DNA of 64,000 nucleotides, taken from the IMG/VR virus record IMGVR_UViG_3300036760_001400. One strand, 5' to 3'. This stretch comes from an uncultured virus (IMG/VR IMGVR_UViG_3300036760_001400). Its lineage: Duplodnaviria > Heunggongvirae > Uroviricota > Caudoviricetes. Under the pieces are notes generated by a model, which was given only the letters and a program-made list of their open reading frames with translations, made no database searches and had not been told where the DNA came from. Every line of letters begins with the position of its first letter. Within the stretch, counting starts at the first letter, position 1. A program made the position numbers and the translations under genes. Positions 1 to 9,267 of this stretch are shown one piece after another.

Positions 1-191
1 TCTTTTTTTTTTTTGTGGGGGTGGGGGGGCCCCCCCGGAAGGCCCACCCACCCACTTCAACTGGAAGGAAGAGTCTATAGGACCTTGAGATGGGAGAGGA
101 AGGAGGTTCCCCAAACCTCTCCCATCTCACAGGCTTCCGCGTGTCCAAAGGTACGGTATCCAACACAACCCATTTTGTCAAGGAGAAACCC

Positions 192-1082
192 ATGTCATCT
201 AATGAAGAGCCGGACTACGATAGCAGTGAATCGGATAACGATGGAGATGTTACGCTCACCGATTCTGTCGGTTTGGCCAGGGATCCTGTATCCAATACCG
301 TAAAGACATCCTTCGTAGTCGGAGACCCTTCAAAGCTGAACTTTGATGATCTGAGGGTCGGTGAGCACATCAAGCTCCGGTGTGGATGCGAAGGTTGGAT
401 CAGCGAGCTATCTGGTGCAGACCTTTCCTTTGAACGGTGGTTCCGGATCATGGTCACTATGGACAACTGCCAGAGGAAGATGAGCCTTGAGAACTTCTAC
501 CGTGAAGAGACCGGAAATACGGTGCGTGTAATCATTTCCTCCGAATTTGGCGTTCAACTTCCCGCCAGTCCAAAAAGTCCACCTTCATGGTATCCAAGAT
601 TTGACAGCCCTCCTGATCCCGTAAGATACAACAGGGCTATCGCGGTCAAATTTGCTGACGGGATCACGTTCATGATCCCTGGAGCCCTCATTCAAGGAGA
701 CATTTACGATCTCTCAAACTTCCTTCGTTCCATGTTCATCAAGACCGGGATGGGCAATAAAGGAGTCAACGTTGCTGTGGCGGAATACATGTCTCCCGTT
801 AACGCGAATTCCTTCCGGGATTTCATTTCAAGGGCCCCAATGACCTTGGAGGAAATAAACAGAGGGGCTCTCTACGATTGGCTTATCTCGCAGCTCCGCG
901 TGTCTGCCCCTGGAACGATGATCGATGGAGGCGTGTCCCCCATTCCGAAGGACAAGGTTCGTGATGTCCTGCTTTCGGTCAAGGCAAACCGCCTATGGAA
1001 CAGAAATCCGATCAGGGTGATCTCGGATGACCATGTCATCCTTCTTGATAGCGATGGAACTATTCCGGAGGAAATCTCTTGA
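192..1082 (+). CDS. hypothetical protein with acidic N-terminus
   Basis: Long ORF; AAGGAG SD precedes ATG at 192; stop overlaps the next start (TTGA). Confidence 0.6.
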   Translation: MSSNEEPDYDSSESDNDGDVTLTDSVGLARDPVSNTVKTSFVVGDPSKLNFDDLRVGEHIKLRCGCEGWISELSGADLSFERWFRIMVTMDNCQRKMSLENFYREETGNTVRVIISSEFGVQLPASPKSPPSWYPRFDSPPDPVRYNRAIAVKFADGITFMIPGALIQGDIYDLSNFLRSMFIKTGMGNKGVNVAVAEYMSPVNANSFRDFISRAPMTLEEINRGALYDWLISQLRVSAPGTMIDGGVSPIPKDKVRDVLLSVKANRLWNRNPIRVISDDHVILLDSDGTIPEEIS

Positions 1083-2059
1083 GTTACACCACAGGTGCAA
1101 GGGGAATTACGCCCAAGAGTGTGATTGGACCAGGGTGCGCGGCAAAGCTTCTCTCTGAGCTTCGGGAAGCTCCAGTCGAGGTGCTGGCTGTCCTGCCTGT
1201 CGAAGGGGATTTGCATTCCAGGGAGATCGAGACCATTGCGATCGGAAGCATGATGTCGGTGACAGTCGAGGCAAGGAACATCTTCTCCCACTCGGTATCC
1301 AAGAACGATGGGCGATCTCTTGTTATCGCCCACAATCACGCTTTCCAACGGAAGGCGGAGCCTTCCGTTGGGGACCGTGAGTTCATGCATGGGATTCAGC
1401 AGGCCGGTAGGATTCTTGGGGTTCCGATCCTGGATGGGATCGTTATCGGAGAGGAAGAGTATTTCTCGTTCCTTGAACATGGGCTCCTGTTTGAGAAAGG
1501 AAAGCTCTATAAGGTCCAAGCCATGGATCCGGAGAAGACCTGCCCATTCTACCCGGTGTCTGTTGGCCGGGAGAGGATCTCATCTCCAAAGGATGTCGCG
1601 GATCTTATTCCCTTCCTGAGGAAGGAGAGTCTTCCGACAACCGTTGTTATTCACCTGACGCCTGATTTCGAGGCCGTCTACGTTCAAGCTTTCAGGTCAA
1701 AGGTTCACCCATCAGCCATGGAGGAGGCTAGATGGATCCTGAGGGAGACCATTCGCCGTCCGTCCACGAAGTATATCGTTCTCGCGAACAACCACTCGAT
1801 TCTTGAAAAGCGTTCCCAGTATCACGATGACCTGACAGACAGGTTGAGCGCCCTCAGGGTCGGGGCCACGCTTCTCTGTATCCCGGTGGTCGATATGGTT
1901 GTCCTGGAGGAGAGGGGTTTCTACTCTTTTGCGGAGCACGGTAGAGTGTTTCCTAAATCCTCCCGTTACATTATCCCCGAGAACGAGGGCCTGAAGTTGA
2001 AAGGTCCTCCGAAAACGCGCCGCGCGGACATCCCTCCGTATTCATGGACGTTCCGGTAG
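1079..2059 (+). CDS. RadC-like protein with two tandem JAB/MPN domains
   Basis: Domain 1 has E...IAHNH...PSxxD...ILDGIVIGEEEYFSF (RadC JAB signature); domain 2 repeats the pattern as ISSPKDV...LANNH...VVDMVVL...FYSFAEHG. Confidence 0.8.
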   Translation: MSYTTGARGITPKSVIGPGCAAKLLSELREAPVEVLAVLPVEGDLHSREIETIAIGSMMSVTVEARNIFSHSVSKNDGRSLVIAHNHAFQRKAEPSVGDREFMHGIQQAGRILGVPILDGIVIGEEEYFSFLEHGLLFEKGKLYKVQAMDPEKTCPFYPVSVGRERISSPKDVADLIPFLRKESLPTTVVIHLTPDFEAVYVQAFRSKVHPSAMEEARWILRETIRRPSTKYIVLANNHSILEKRSQYHDDLTDRLSALRVGATLLCIPVVDMVVLEERGFYSFAEHGRVFPKSSRYIIPENEGLKLKGPPKTRRADIPPYSWTFR

Positions 2060-2399
2060 GAGGGCGAATGCAAAAGGAGCAAGAGAAAGTTACCTGTACC
2101 AAGGATCGTCCATGGGACGGGAAGACGCTTCCGGTCATGCATGTAGATGCGGACTTCATGGATGATACGGGTACTTTCAAGTGTCCCAACTGCGGTTATA
2201 TCTGGTCCCTTGGGCCGGATGTTTAAGGAGATTCGAATGGCTAGCGGTACCCTCAAGTGGGCCGATCCGGATTACGCGACCCTCAAGTGTGTCTGCGGCA
2301 GTGAAGATGCGGCTCTCGAGAAGTATCAGCGTTCCCTGAAAGACGCCCTTCGTTCCAACGGACCGTTCGATTGTTATACCATCGTAGAGGTGGAGAGTG

Positions 2400-2594
2400 A
2401 TGAAGCTCGAGATGTATCGTAAGGCTCTCCAGGAGGTCTACAACGTTCTTGGTCCTTACGGGAGAGCCTGTTCCGACAACAAGTGCCTGGGTTGCGCCTA
2501 CGAGATGGGGGAGGCCTTCGAAGCCGCTCGTAAAGCGCTTGGGATCCCTAAGAAAAGGAGGAAGAGTGGATTACATCCCGCGCGAAAAGTGTAA
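2400..2594 (+). CDS. small Cys-containing protein
   Basis: GGAG SD; YRKALxxVxxVLGP...C-C-GC-EM motif also found inside 43627..44352. Confidence 0.55.
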   Translation: MKLEMYRKALQEVYNVLGPYGRACSDNKCLGCAYEMGEAFEAARKALGIPKKRRKSGLHPARKV

Positions 2595-3126
2595 GGAAGG
2601 GTACGCGTACAAGATCCACTCCAGGAACTTAAGTATCGGAGTATTCCGAAAGACCCTCTCCGGGAGCTCCCAGTTCAAAAGTGGGTTCATCGGAATTCGG
2701 GAAAAGATCGGAAAGCTATTCCTCTTTACAGAGTATCACCGGGATGATGGCTCGCCCTATGGGACAGTAAGCCCCGAGAGCGAGATTGAAAAGTGTCCAA
2801 TCGAGGATCTCAGGGTGGACCTCGGGGTGATCTGCGGGAACTGCAAGATGGAGGTCACCTATAAGATTGACCCGAAGCTTGCCCCTCCTTATCCCGGGAA
2901 GTGGATCCATGTAAGCGAGAGTTCGTGTAGTGATGTCAATCCAGGAGGCGTATCTAACGAGGCTCTCTTTGACTACCTTGATCAGCTCGATCAGAGGCTG
3001 TTCGGAAAGAGAGTGTGCTTTAGGTGTAAAGAGGGGCGCCATGGAGGGCACAGGGAGTTTGGGGTCATCGTCCTGTGCGAATGCGATGAACCCGTTTGCG
3101 TTAAAAAAGAAGCCCCCAGTCCGTAA
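2566..3126 (+). CDS. hypothetical protein with CxxC motifs
   Basis: AGGAGG SD before GTG at 2566; ends inside the terminator hairpin. Confidence 0.55.
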   Translation: MDYIPREKCKEGYAYKIHSRNLSIGVFRKTLSGSSQFKSGFIGIREKIGKLFLFTEYHRDDGSPYGTVSPESEIEKCPIEDLRVDLGVICGNCKMEVTYKIDPKLAPPYPGKWIHVSESSCSDVNPGGVSNEALFDYLDQLDQRLFGKRVCFRCKEGRHGGHREFGVIVLCECDEPVCVKKEAPSP

Positions 3127-3140
3127 GGACTGGGGGCTTC
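3103..3140 (-). terminator. intrinsic terminator between convergent operons
   Basis: GAAGCCCCCAGTCC-GTAA-GGACTGGGGGCTTC 14-bp stem, followed by a U-tract on the minus strand. Confidence 0.85.
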
Positions 3141-3156
3141 CTGTGCCGGAGTAGAA

Positions 3157-3723
3157 CTACGCTTTGATCGTGATCTTCTTTCCGGGCGGACGGCCGATCG
3201 GCTTCTTGACCATGCCGGGCTTAGGAGCGCCCGCAACCTTCACGGGAGCGGGAGCGGGAGCCTCAACCTCGGCCTCAGCCTCAGTCTCAGCCTCGGAAGC
3301 GTCAGCCTGTTCTACGCGGGAGTAGAAGAGACTGATCCGCTTGCCGTTCTTGGCAGACGGATCATCCTGGGTGACCTTCTTCACCCTGATGAGGGCACCT
3401 TCAGCATTGACTTCATCGCCGTCAGCATTCAGGCGGGAGATGCTGTCGGTGTCGATATCGCTCTCTCCGGGCTCATCCACGCCGCAAGCCCAGAAGAAGT
3501 TGGCCGAGCGGAAGGCCGAGTTCTCGGACATGGGGATGAAATCCAGAAGTCGCCCACCCTTGTGGGGACCTTCGTGGACTTCCATCTGGACATTGAGCTG
3601 CGGGGACTTCTTCTGGGAGCTCTCCCCATCCACGATCGAGACGACCTCGGCGAGATAATCGCCATCGGGAACCGGAGCGCCACCCTTGGAACGGGTATCC
3701 ATGTTTACGCGTACCGTAGCCAT
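3157..3723 (-). CDS. DUF669-like phage single-stranded DNA-binding protein
   Basis: PVPDGDYLAEVVSI...SSQKKSPQLNVQMEV..GPHKGGRLLD pattern; low-complexity tail; directly downstream of the Sak4-like gene. Confidence 0.75.
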   Translation of the reverse strand: MATVRVNMDTRSKGGAPVPDGDYLAEVVSIVDGESSQKKSPQLNVQMEVHEGPHKGGRLLDFIPMSENSAFRSANFFWACGVDEPGESDIDTDSISRLNADGDEVNAEGALIRVKKVTQDDPSAKNGKRISLFYSRVEQADASEAETEAEAEVEAPAPAPVKVAGAPKPGMVKKPIGRPPGKKITIKA

Positions 3724-3739
3724 TGTGAACCTCCTAGAC

Positions 3740-4609
3740 CTACTTGATGACAGGCCGCGCGCCTAAAGGACGCGCGACAAACTTCCTGGCCGGCACTACG
3801 ACCGGCCGGGACACGACGACAGATTCCTCGGGTCCTCCTTCCTCAGCCTCAGCCGAACTTTCATTTCTGACTTTCGTGGGAGCTTCCATGATGGTCTTGA
3901 TGACCTCAGCGGGCCTTCCTTCAATGTCCACCTCTCTCACATCTCCAAATGCGTGGAATCGATCAAGGCAGCCGAGTGATGGATCATTGACCACCAGCTT
4001 CCGACGCTTATCCTTCTTTGCGTAGTAAAGAAGGGCAATCGTATTAAAGCTTGGAACGATGGACTCACGAAGACTTCCTGGGAGGACTGGGGAGATCTCA
4101 AGAAGCGATCCTTCCTTGGGAGCTCCAGCGATACAGGTCACAATCAGATTGAAGGTTCCATTGAGAAGATCATGGACCAGACTACGTCCTCCCTCAATGA
4201 TCCGTCCCCAATCTCGAAGATCAACAACTCCTACAGACCTAGCGTACTCATCCTCGAAATGAGCCATAGTTGCCGTCAGTGAGTCGAGGACGACGTACTT
4301 GTATCCTCCGGTATAAGCCTTCAGGATGATTTCCTTCAGGCGCTCCCGAATGGGCGGTCGTTTCTCTGGAGGCATGGACTCCCATTGCCCTGTCTTGAGA
4401 TTCTTGACCTTCTTAACCAGGGTCTCGATATCGAGGTTGGAAGCCTTGACATAGTCCTTGGCCGCGTGAACCCCCTCTTCAGCTTCGATACCAAGGGTCT
4501 TTCCGAGGTTGCTCACACTATAGGCAAGGACCGTCTTTCCAGATCTCTGGGGACCCAGAAGGATGACCTGCGCTCTGTTGCAACTGGACATATAGTCCAG
4601 AAAGTTCAT
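3740..4609 (-). CDS. AAA_24 / Sak4-like ATPase (single-strand annealing)
   Basis: Walker A GPQRSGKT, Walker B VVLDSLT, DWG motif; exonuclease-ATPase-SSB context. Confidence 0.8.
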   Translation of the reverse strand: MNFLDYMSSCNRAQVILLGPQRSGKTVLAYSVSNLGKTLGIEAEEGVHAAKDYVKASNLDIETLVKKVKNLKTGQWESMPPEKRPPIRERLKEIILKAYTGGYKYVVLDSLTATMAHFEDEYARSVGVVDLRDWGRIIEGGRSLVHDLLNGTFNLIVTCIAGAPKEGSLLEISPVLPGSLRESIVPSFNTIALLYYAKKDKRRKLVVNDPSLGCLDRFHAFGDVREVDIEGRPAEVIKTIMEAPTKVRNESSAEAEEGGPEESVVVSRPVVVPARKFVARPLGARPVIK

Positions 4610-5361
4610 CTACATACCTCCATAGAAAAAGAGTTACCGATCTTCCTAAGGTTGCAGGTTGCGCAGATAAGCCTGAGATTCGAGAGACGATTCAACACCA
4701 AGATATCGCCCTCGGTCTTTCCAGCCATAAGCGCGATCTTATGGTCTATGTGACAGTTCTTACGGCTTACTACCGTAAGCTTACAGACCTCACAAGCCTT
4801 TCCAAGATATTCAGAAAGGTGCTTGTAAAGATCCATCGGAGAGTAGCCTAGGAGGTCAAAGCTCTTAGCGCGTCTTCTGGCTACACCAAGCTTGTCCATA
4901 GAGAACTTTAGTCTCCCCCTCAAGTTCTTGGCGAATACCTTTACCTGATGGGAAACATTCCTCCATGCGCACTTACAGAATCTTGCCTTGGCGACACTGG
5001 AAAGATCATATTGAGGCATGTGGCGTATTTCTCCACATCTACAAGTCGTCTTCCACCATGTCCTACCAAGGATCTTCTTCTGGATCTTCAGGGTTACGAG
5101 CCCAAACATCATCCCAGGCTTAAGGCCATGCCTTTCTTCTTTCCACTTCCTAAGAACGTCTCCTTTCAGGCATCCGCATGACGCCTGGATTCCTGCCCTG
5201 AAGGTTCCAAGCCTGACCTTGGCTTTCTTTCCACAAGTGCATCTGCAGATGACAGACCTTACCCACCTCCTTCTTTTCCCAGAGACGAATACCTTGGAAC
5301 CCTCTTCAATAACCGTGAGGCGTTCGAAGCGTTCTCCCGCTTTTACTTGGACCTCACGCGT
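4606..5361 (-). CDS. HNH endonuclease with N-terminal CxCxCG repeats, possible ACG start
   Basis: C-terminal CxxC...HIDHK...N.RLICATCN; the frame stays open upstream of ATG 5112 and encodes GERFERLTVIE...CRCTCGK...SCGC; GAAAGGAGG SD ends 6 nt before ACG at 5361. Confidence 0.75.
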   Translation of the reverse strand, partial: TREVQVKAGERFERLTVIEEGSKVFVSGKRRRWVRSVICRCTCGKKAKVRLGTFRAGIQASCGCLKGDVLRKWKEERHGLKPGMMFGLVTLKIQKKILGRTWWKTTCRCGEIRHMPQYDLSSVAKARFCKCAWRNVSHQVKVFAKNLRGRLKFSMDKLGVARRRAKSFDLLGYSPMDLYKHLSEYLGKACEVCKLTVVSRKNCHIDHKIALMAGKTEGDILVLNRLSNLRLICATCNLRKIGNSFSMEVCR

Positions 5362-5422
5362 AAGAAACCTCCTTTCGTTAATGAGAACGTTCTACCAGGG
5401 ACACGTGTCAGGATAGGACGCG

Positions 5423-5626
5423 CTACGTCTGGATCTTTGCCTTTTCTCCCATGAATGCCTTGACCGCCAGAGAGGCCAATGTCATTGCCCCCGCTACAGC
5501 GTTCTCAGGGGAGATACCGTTCACGCTGGCTGCAGACGGAAGTACGGCCACAAAGAACTCGCGGAGATACGTGATCTCCTCGCTCGACCAGACCGGGGCT
5601 ACCTTGGTGCGGACCTGCATGGGCAT
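5423..5626 (-). CDS. hypothetical protein
   Basis: AGGAG SD; fits the operon. Confidence 0.55.
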   Translation of the reverse strand: MPMQVRTKVAPVWSSEEITYLREFFVAVLPSAASVNGISPENAVAGAMTLASLAVKAFMGEKAKIQT

Positions 5627-5642
5627 TCTCCTAACGGGTTAA

Positions 5643-5882
5643 CTACATTCCATAAAAGAACTTGGTAAGATTCTTTTCATTCGGATGCTGTCTGCAGAGC
5701 TCATCCTCGAGATCACTTTTGACCTTATCGAGAAGGTCGATGGCCTTGGCTGAGGGCCTATATTCTCTCTTACTGAGAACTTTAGAGATCCTCAGGGATA
5801 CATCCATGAGCCTGGCTCTTACATCCTTAACATCAGCTCCAAACTCCTTCCATTCCTCGATGCTGAGCTTCTTGCGGGCCAT
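5643..5882 (-). CDS. hypothetical helical protein
   Basis: AGGAG SD; fits the operon. Confidence 0.6.
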   Translation of the reverse strand: MARKKLSIEEWKEFGADVKDVRARLMDVSLRISKVLSKREYRPSAKAIDLLDKVKSDLEDELCRQHPNEKNLTKFFYGM

Positions 5883-5896
5883 GGGTTATTCTCCTA

Positions 5897-6412
5897 TTAA
5901 AAACCAGCCTTCCTACAAGCTTCTTTACATTCCCTTTCCCAGCGAGCGTCTTCTTCATCACATGCATCGGAGATTTCCGCAAAGCTGTAGCACTTGAATT
6001 CACCCTTTTCTTTCGACCTAAGATCCATGTTCATCTGGATCATGTTTTTGTGGGCAGTCTCCATACCGCTACAACCGTTCCTAGGGAAGACCCTGAACCC
6101 GATCTCCCTTTTTTTCAGTAACTCTCCAAGATTAACATTCTTATCGATCCCGTCACCACAGATCGTGTTCTGGACGTCATTGAAGAGATAGTCGAATGCT
6201 TCCATGAGACCGATGAAGATGATTGGGGTACACCAGGTCTTTCCGAAGATCTGCGCCATCCAATCCAGAACACCCGCCGATCCATCAACACGATCGACAT
6301 CGATCTCATAGAGGGGAGGAAAACGCTTTGATGCGCCCTCCTCTCCAAAGCACCAAATAACACCGATCTTCGGATTATAGACCCATTGGTTCTTGAAGAT
6401 GATCTCGTTCAC
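5897..6412 (-). CDS. hypothetical protein
   Basis: GTG start overlaps the upstream TGA; AAGGAGG SD. Confidence 0.55.
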   Translation of the reverse strand: MNEIIFKNQWVYNPKIGVIWCFGEEGASKRFPPLYEIDVDRVDGSAGVLDWMAQIFGKTWCTPIIFIGLMEAFDYLFNDVQNTICGDGIDKNVNLGELLKKREIGFRVFPRNGCSGMETAHKNMIQMNMDLRSKEKGEFKCYSFAEISDACDEEDARWERECKEACRKAGF

Positions 6413-7347
6413 ATACCCTCCTTGATCGAAAGCTCCGAATGGAGCTTTTCTTTCTTCGTGTATAGTTCCTCGATCATCCTGGGGTTCTCGTCGATGCACG
6501 GGGGCCTGAACGAGCACAGCCACAGGCAGTGATCCCCGATGTTCCGATGGATATAGGGAAGGGGGGTCTTCCCGGTGATGATGAGAGCCGCGTTATACAG
6601 GATCTCGTGGGCCAGCCTGAAGTGCTGGGGACCCCGGGTGATCGGCATCCGGAAGAAGTAGCTTCCTGGTTTTTCGATGATCGACTGGTAGATCCTGTAG
6701 TAGAAGTCGTCGTAACTCTCTTTATCCTTCTTCTCGTTCTTCGGCTTCCGGGTCACGTTGTAAAGGACCACCGGGATCTTGATCCCGAACTTAAGGGCTG
6801 CAGCCAGAGAGTAAAGGGTCAGCTGCTGATCGAGCATGAGCGTGTTGTCGGTTTCCGAGAACCCTGAAAGAAACTTGTGTTCGACGACCATGCTGACCTT
6901 GTATCCGGTCTTCTCGGTCCAGATACCGTCAAGCTTTCCGGCGTACATGACATCAGGTAAGGCATTTCCCTCCCGGTCAAGGATAGGAACCGCGAACTCC
7001 TCCTCCACGTGACTCGTATCGTAGGCTTTCATGTCCTTCTTGGCGACCGTCTCCAGATAGGCCTCGACAACGGCACGAGTAGCCAGGAACTTACAGATGG
7101 CCTTCTCTTTCTCCTGAGGATAGGGTTCCAGCCGTTCCACATGCTCGTCGTAGATCTTGTCGAAAGCGGCCATGGAAGCTTCTGCCGTCCCCCCTCCATA
7201 GATGGTCTGGAGGCTGGCATGAGCCGCCGTCCCTTCGTCCAGGTAGATCTTCCTGCGTTTCGGAGTAAGCCTGCGGACATATCCAAAGTCATGGCTCTTC
7301 GGGCACATGAAGAGACTCTTGATCTCGGAGTTCGTGATTATTCTCAT
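6409..7347 (-). CDS. PD-(D/E)XK Cas4/RecB-like exonuclease
   Basis: N-terminal CP, GTAAH, E-E-F, GKLDG, VEHK, QLTLY, C-terminal CxxxCxFxxxC. Confidence 0.85.
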   Translation of the reverse strand: MRIITNSEIKSLFMCPKSHDFGYVRRLTPKRRKIYLDEGTAAHASLQTIYGGGTAEASMAAFDKIYDEHVERLEPYPQEKEKAICKFLATRAVVEAYLETVAKKDMKAYDTSHVEEEFAVPILDREGNALPDVMYAGKLDGIWTEKTGYKVSMVVEHKFLSGFSETDNTLMLDQQLTLYSLAAALKFGIKIPVVLYNVTRKPKNEKKDKESYDDFYYRIYQSIIEKPGSYFFRMPITRGPQHFRLAHEILYNAALIITGKTPLPYIHRNIGDHCLWLCSFRPPCIDENPRMIEELYTKKEKLHSELSIKEGM

Positions 7348-9062
7348 GAGACCTCTCCGGGCATCTTGAAGAGTTCCCCGAGCTCCTTATCGTTCCATTT
7401 CGTCCCGAACAGGTAGCTGACCACGTTCGTTCCACGCTTGAAGCTTTCCTGGATCTTTTCGTCCATAGAACCCTTCATCATGACGTCCACGTAAAGAACC
7501 GCATTCTTCTGACCCTTCCTGTGGAGTCTGGCTTCGCTTTGAATGCGAACCCCATAGCTCCACCAGTTCGTTACATAGGAAGCCAGGTGGGACATCTGCA
7601 GGTTAAGGCCGAATCCTCCCTTCTGGACCTGGGAGAGGAAGAAGTCAGATTCCCCGTGAGTAAATGAGTACTTCGCGGCCTCGGCATCCTTGTGCTTCAA
7701 GCGTCCACTGTAGATGACAGGCTTCCGTCCAATCTTCTCGAGAGCTTCATACATGATCTCGAGATCCTCGATGAAGCGGGAGAAGAGAACAACCTTACCG
7801 TCACCTTCCTGAGCCAGGTCGACAATAGCATCTCGTTTAGGGTTCTCCTCGAAGCGGATGATCTCTCCGCCTTCATTCTTTGTCCACCCGGAAGATATCT
7901 GCTGGACCTTTCCCGCTCGAGCCATCGCATTCTTGATAGCGATCATCTCCTCGGTCTTCGTGTCGGAACCTTTCTTATAGGCGCTGACCGCAATCTCGAA
8001 GTCGTTCATGGCTTTCTGGAGAGCGGACTTCTGTTCTCCCTTAGCCTCTACCCAGCGGACCTGGTAGCTCTTGGGAGGCAGGTCCTTGAGGACGTCTTCC
8101 TTCTTGACCGACATGCCGACCACGTCCAAGAGACGCTTAAGCTCTTGTTTCATCTCAGGGCGGAGACCGACGGGACGGTTCCATGGAGAGTTGTCGAACT
8201 CGACATATCGATTGACGAACCGCCAGTAGGAATTCCCGGCGTACTCTTCAGACAGGAAGCGCATCTGACTCCAGAGGTCTCTTACATCGGAGATGTAAGG
8301 CGTTCCGTTGAGAGCCAGCTTATACTCGGCGTTGTCCGCGATTTCAATCGAAGCCTTGGTCCTTTGGGCAGCGTGATTCTTGATGAATCCGGTCTCGTCC
8401 CCGATACACAGGTCGATCTTCGTTCCGGCCATCTCATTGATGATCGCCTTGGATGTATCCCAGGTCACGATGAGAAAGATCAGGTTTCCGATCCCGGACA
8501 TCTTCCAGGCTTCCACGATCTTCTCCTTCTTCCGTTTGGTCCCGATGCACTCGTAAACTTTGTAGGGGCAGGAAAGGTGAAGCTTCATTTCATCCTGCCA
8601 CGTGGAAACGAGTGACAGAGGGCAAAAGATAAGGACCCTTCCTTTCTTCTCGATGGTCCACAAGTGTTGGGCAACGGCAAGCGAAAGGTAGCTCTTCCCT
8701 GTTCCAGGCTCCCACCAGGCTCCGAGCTTCTTCTGCCAGATGGCGCGCTTGTAGCCGAGATCCTGGTGAGGCATCGCGGGGTTCTTGAGGACGATCTCCT
8801 GTCCGTTTGGCGTAAGGCCTTTCAGGGCCTGGCGCTTGGCGTTGAAGACACTCTCCATCCAAATGTAGAGTTCTTCCAGATTATCATCGTATCCATTGTC
8901 CTTGGATACGGACATGATGCCCACGGCCGAGATGATGTTCGCCGGGCACTGCCAGATCTCTCGCGCAGTCGAGTAATGAGCTCCGACATCACGAGCCTCA
9001 TCCTTCCTCTCGAAAGGGAGGTCCTCGAAAAGGAATCGGTTGGCCTTTACTCTAAGTTTCAT
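7344..9062 (-). CDS. SNF2-family SF2 helicase
   Basis: PGTGKS, CPLSL, DET(G), LNGTP, GGFGLNL, QSEARLHRKGQ motifs. Confidence 0.9.
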   Translation of the reverse strand: MKLRVKANRFLFEDLPFERKDEARDVGAHYSTAREIWQCPANIISAVGIMSVSKDNGYDDNLEELYIWMESVFNAKRQALKGLTPNGQEIVLKNPAMPHQDLGYKRAIWQKKLGAWWEPGTGKSYLSLAVAQHLWTIEKKGRVLIFCPLSLVSTWQDEMKLHLSCPYKVYECIGTKRKKEKIVEAWKMSGIGNLIFLIVTWDTSKAIINEMAGTKIDLCIGDETGFIKNHAAQRTKASIEIADNAEYKLALNGTPYISDVRDLWSQMRFLSEEYAGNSYWRFVNRYVEFDNSPWNRPVGLRPEMKQELKRLLDVVGMSVKKEDVLKDLPPKSYQVRWVEAKGEQKSALQKAMNDFEIAVSAYKKGSDTKTEEMIAIKNAMARAGKVQQISSGWTKNEGGEIIRFEENPKRDAIVDLAQEGDGKVVLFSRFIEDLEIMYEALEKIGRKPVIYSGRLKHKDAEAAKYSFTHGESDFFLSQVQKGGFGLNLQMSHLASYVTNWWSYGVRIQSEARLHRKGQKNAVLYVDVMMKGSMDEKIQESFKRGTNVVSYLFGTKWNDKELGELFKMPGEVS

Positions 9063-9074
9063 GTTCTTGTTAAG

Positions 9075-9138
9075 TCCCTCGGGTCGCGGACCAAAAAGCC
9101 TTGCTGAGAGCAGGGCTCCCTTTCACGACCCGAGGGAC
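9075..9138. promoter_or_regulatory. hairpin in the divergent intergenic region covering the helicase RBS
   Basis: GTCCCTCGGGTCG / CGACCCGAGGGAC 13-bp stem with an inner AGCCTTGCT/AGCAGGGCT stem. Confidence 0.6.
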
Positions 9139-9267
9139 ATTCTCGTTTATCTTGCCGGCTCGTAGGTTTGGTCGGCCTACAAGCGGAACGATAGGGAGTA
9201 TATCTTCCGGCCACTTTAAGTCAAGATCAAAATGCATTTCATTGCGAAATTCTTTTAGGAGGTTCTT

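Noticed and set aside
1..55. Poly-T and G/C runs at the window start as a genome terminus
   Set aside because: An imperfect homopolymer-rich hairpin at the edge; cannot be told apart from a terminator or low-quality sequence
6409..7347. Cas4-like nuclease as evidence of a CRISPR-Cas system
   Set aside because: No array or other cas genes; it sits in a standard phage exonuclease-Sak4-SSB module
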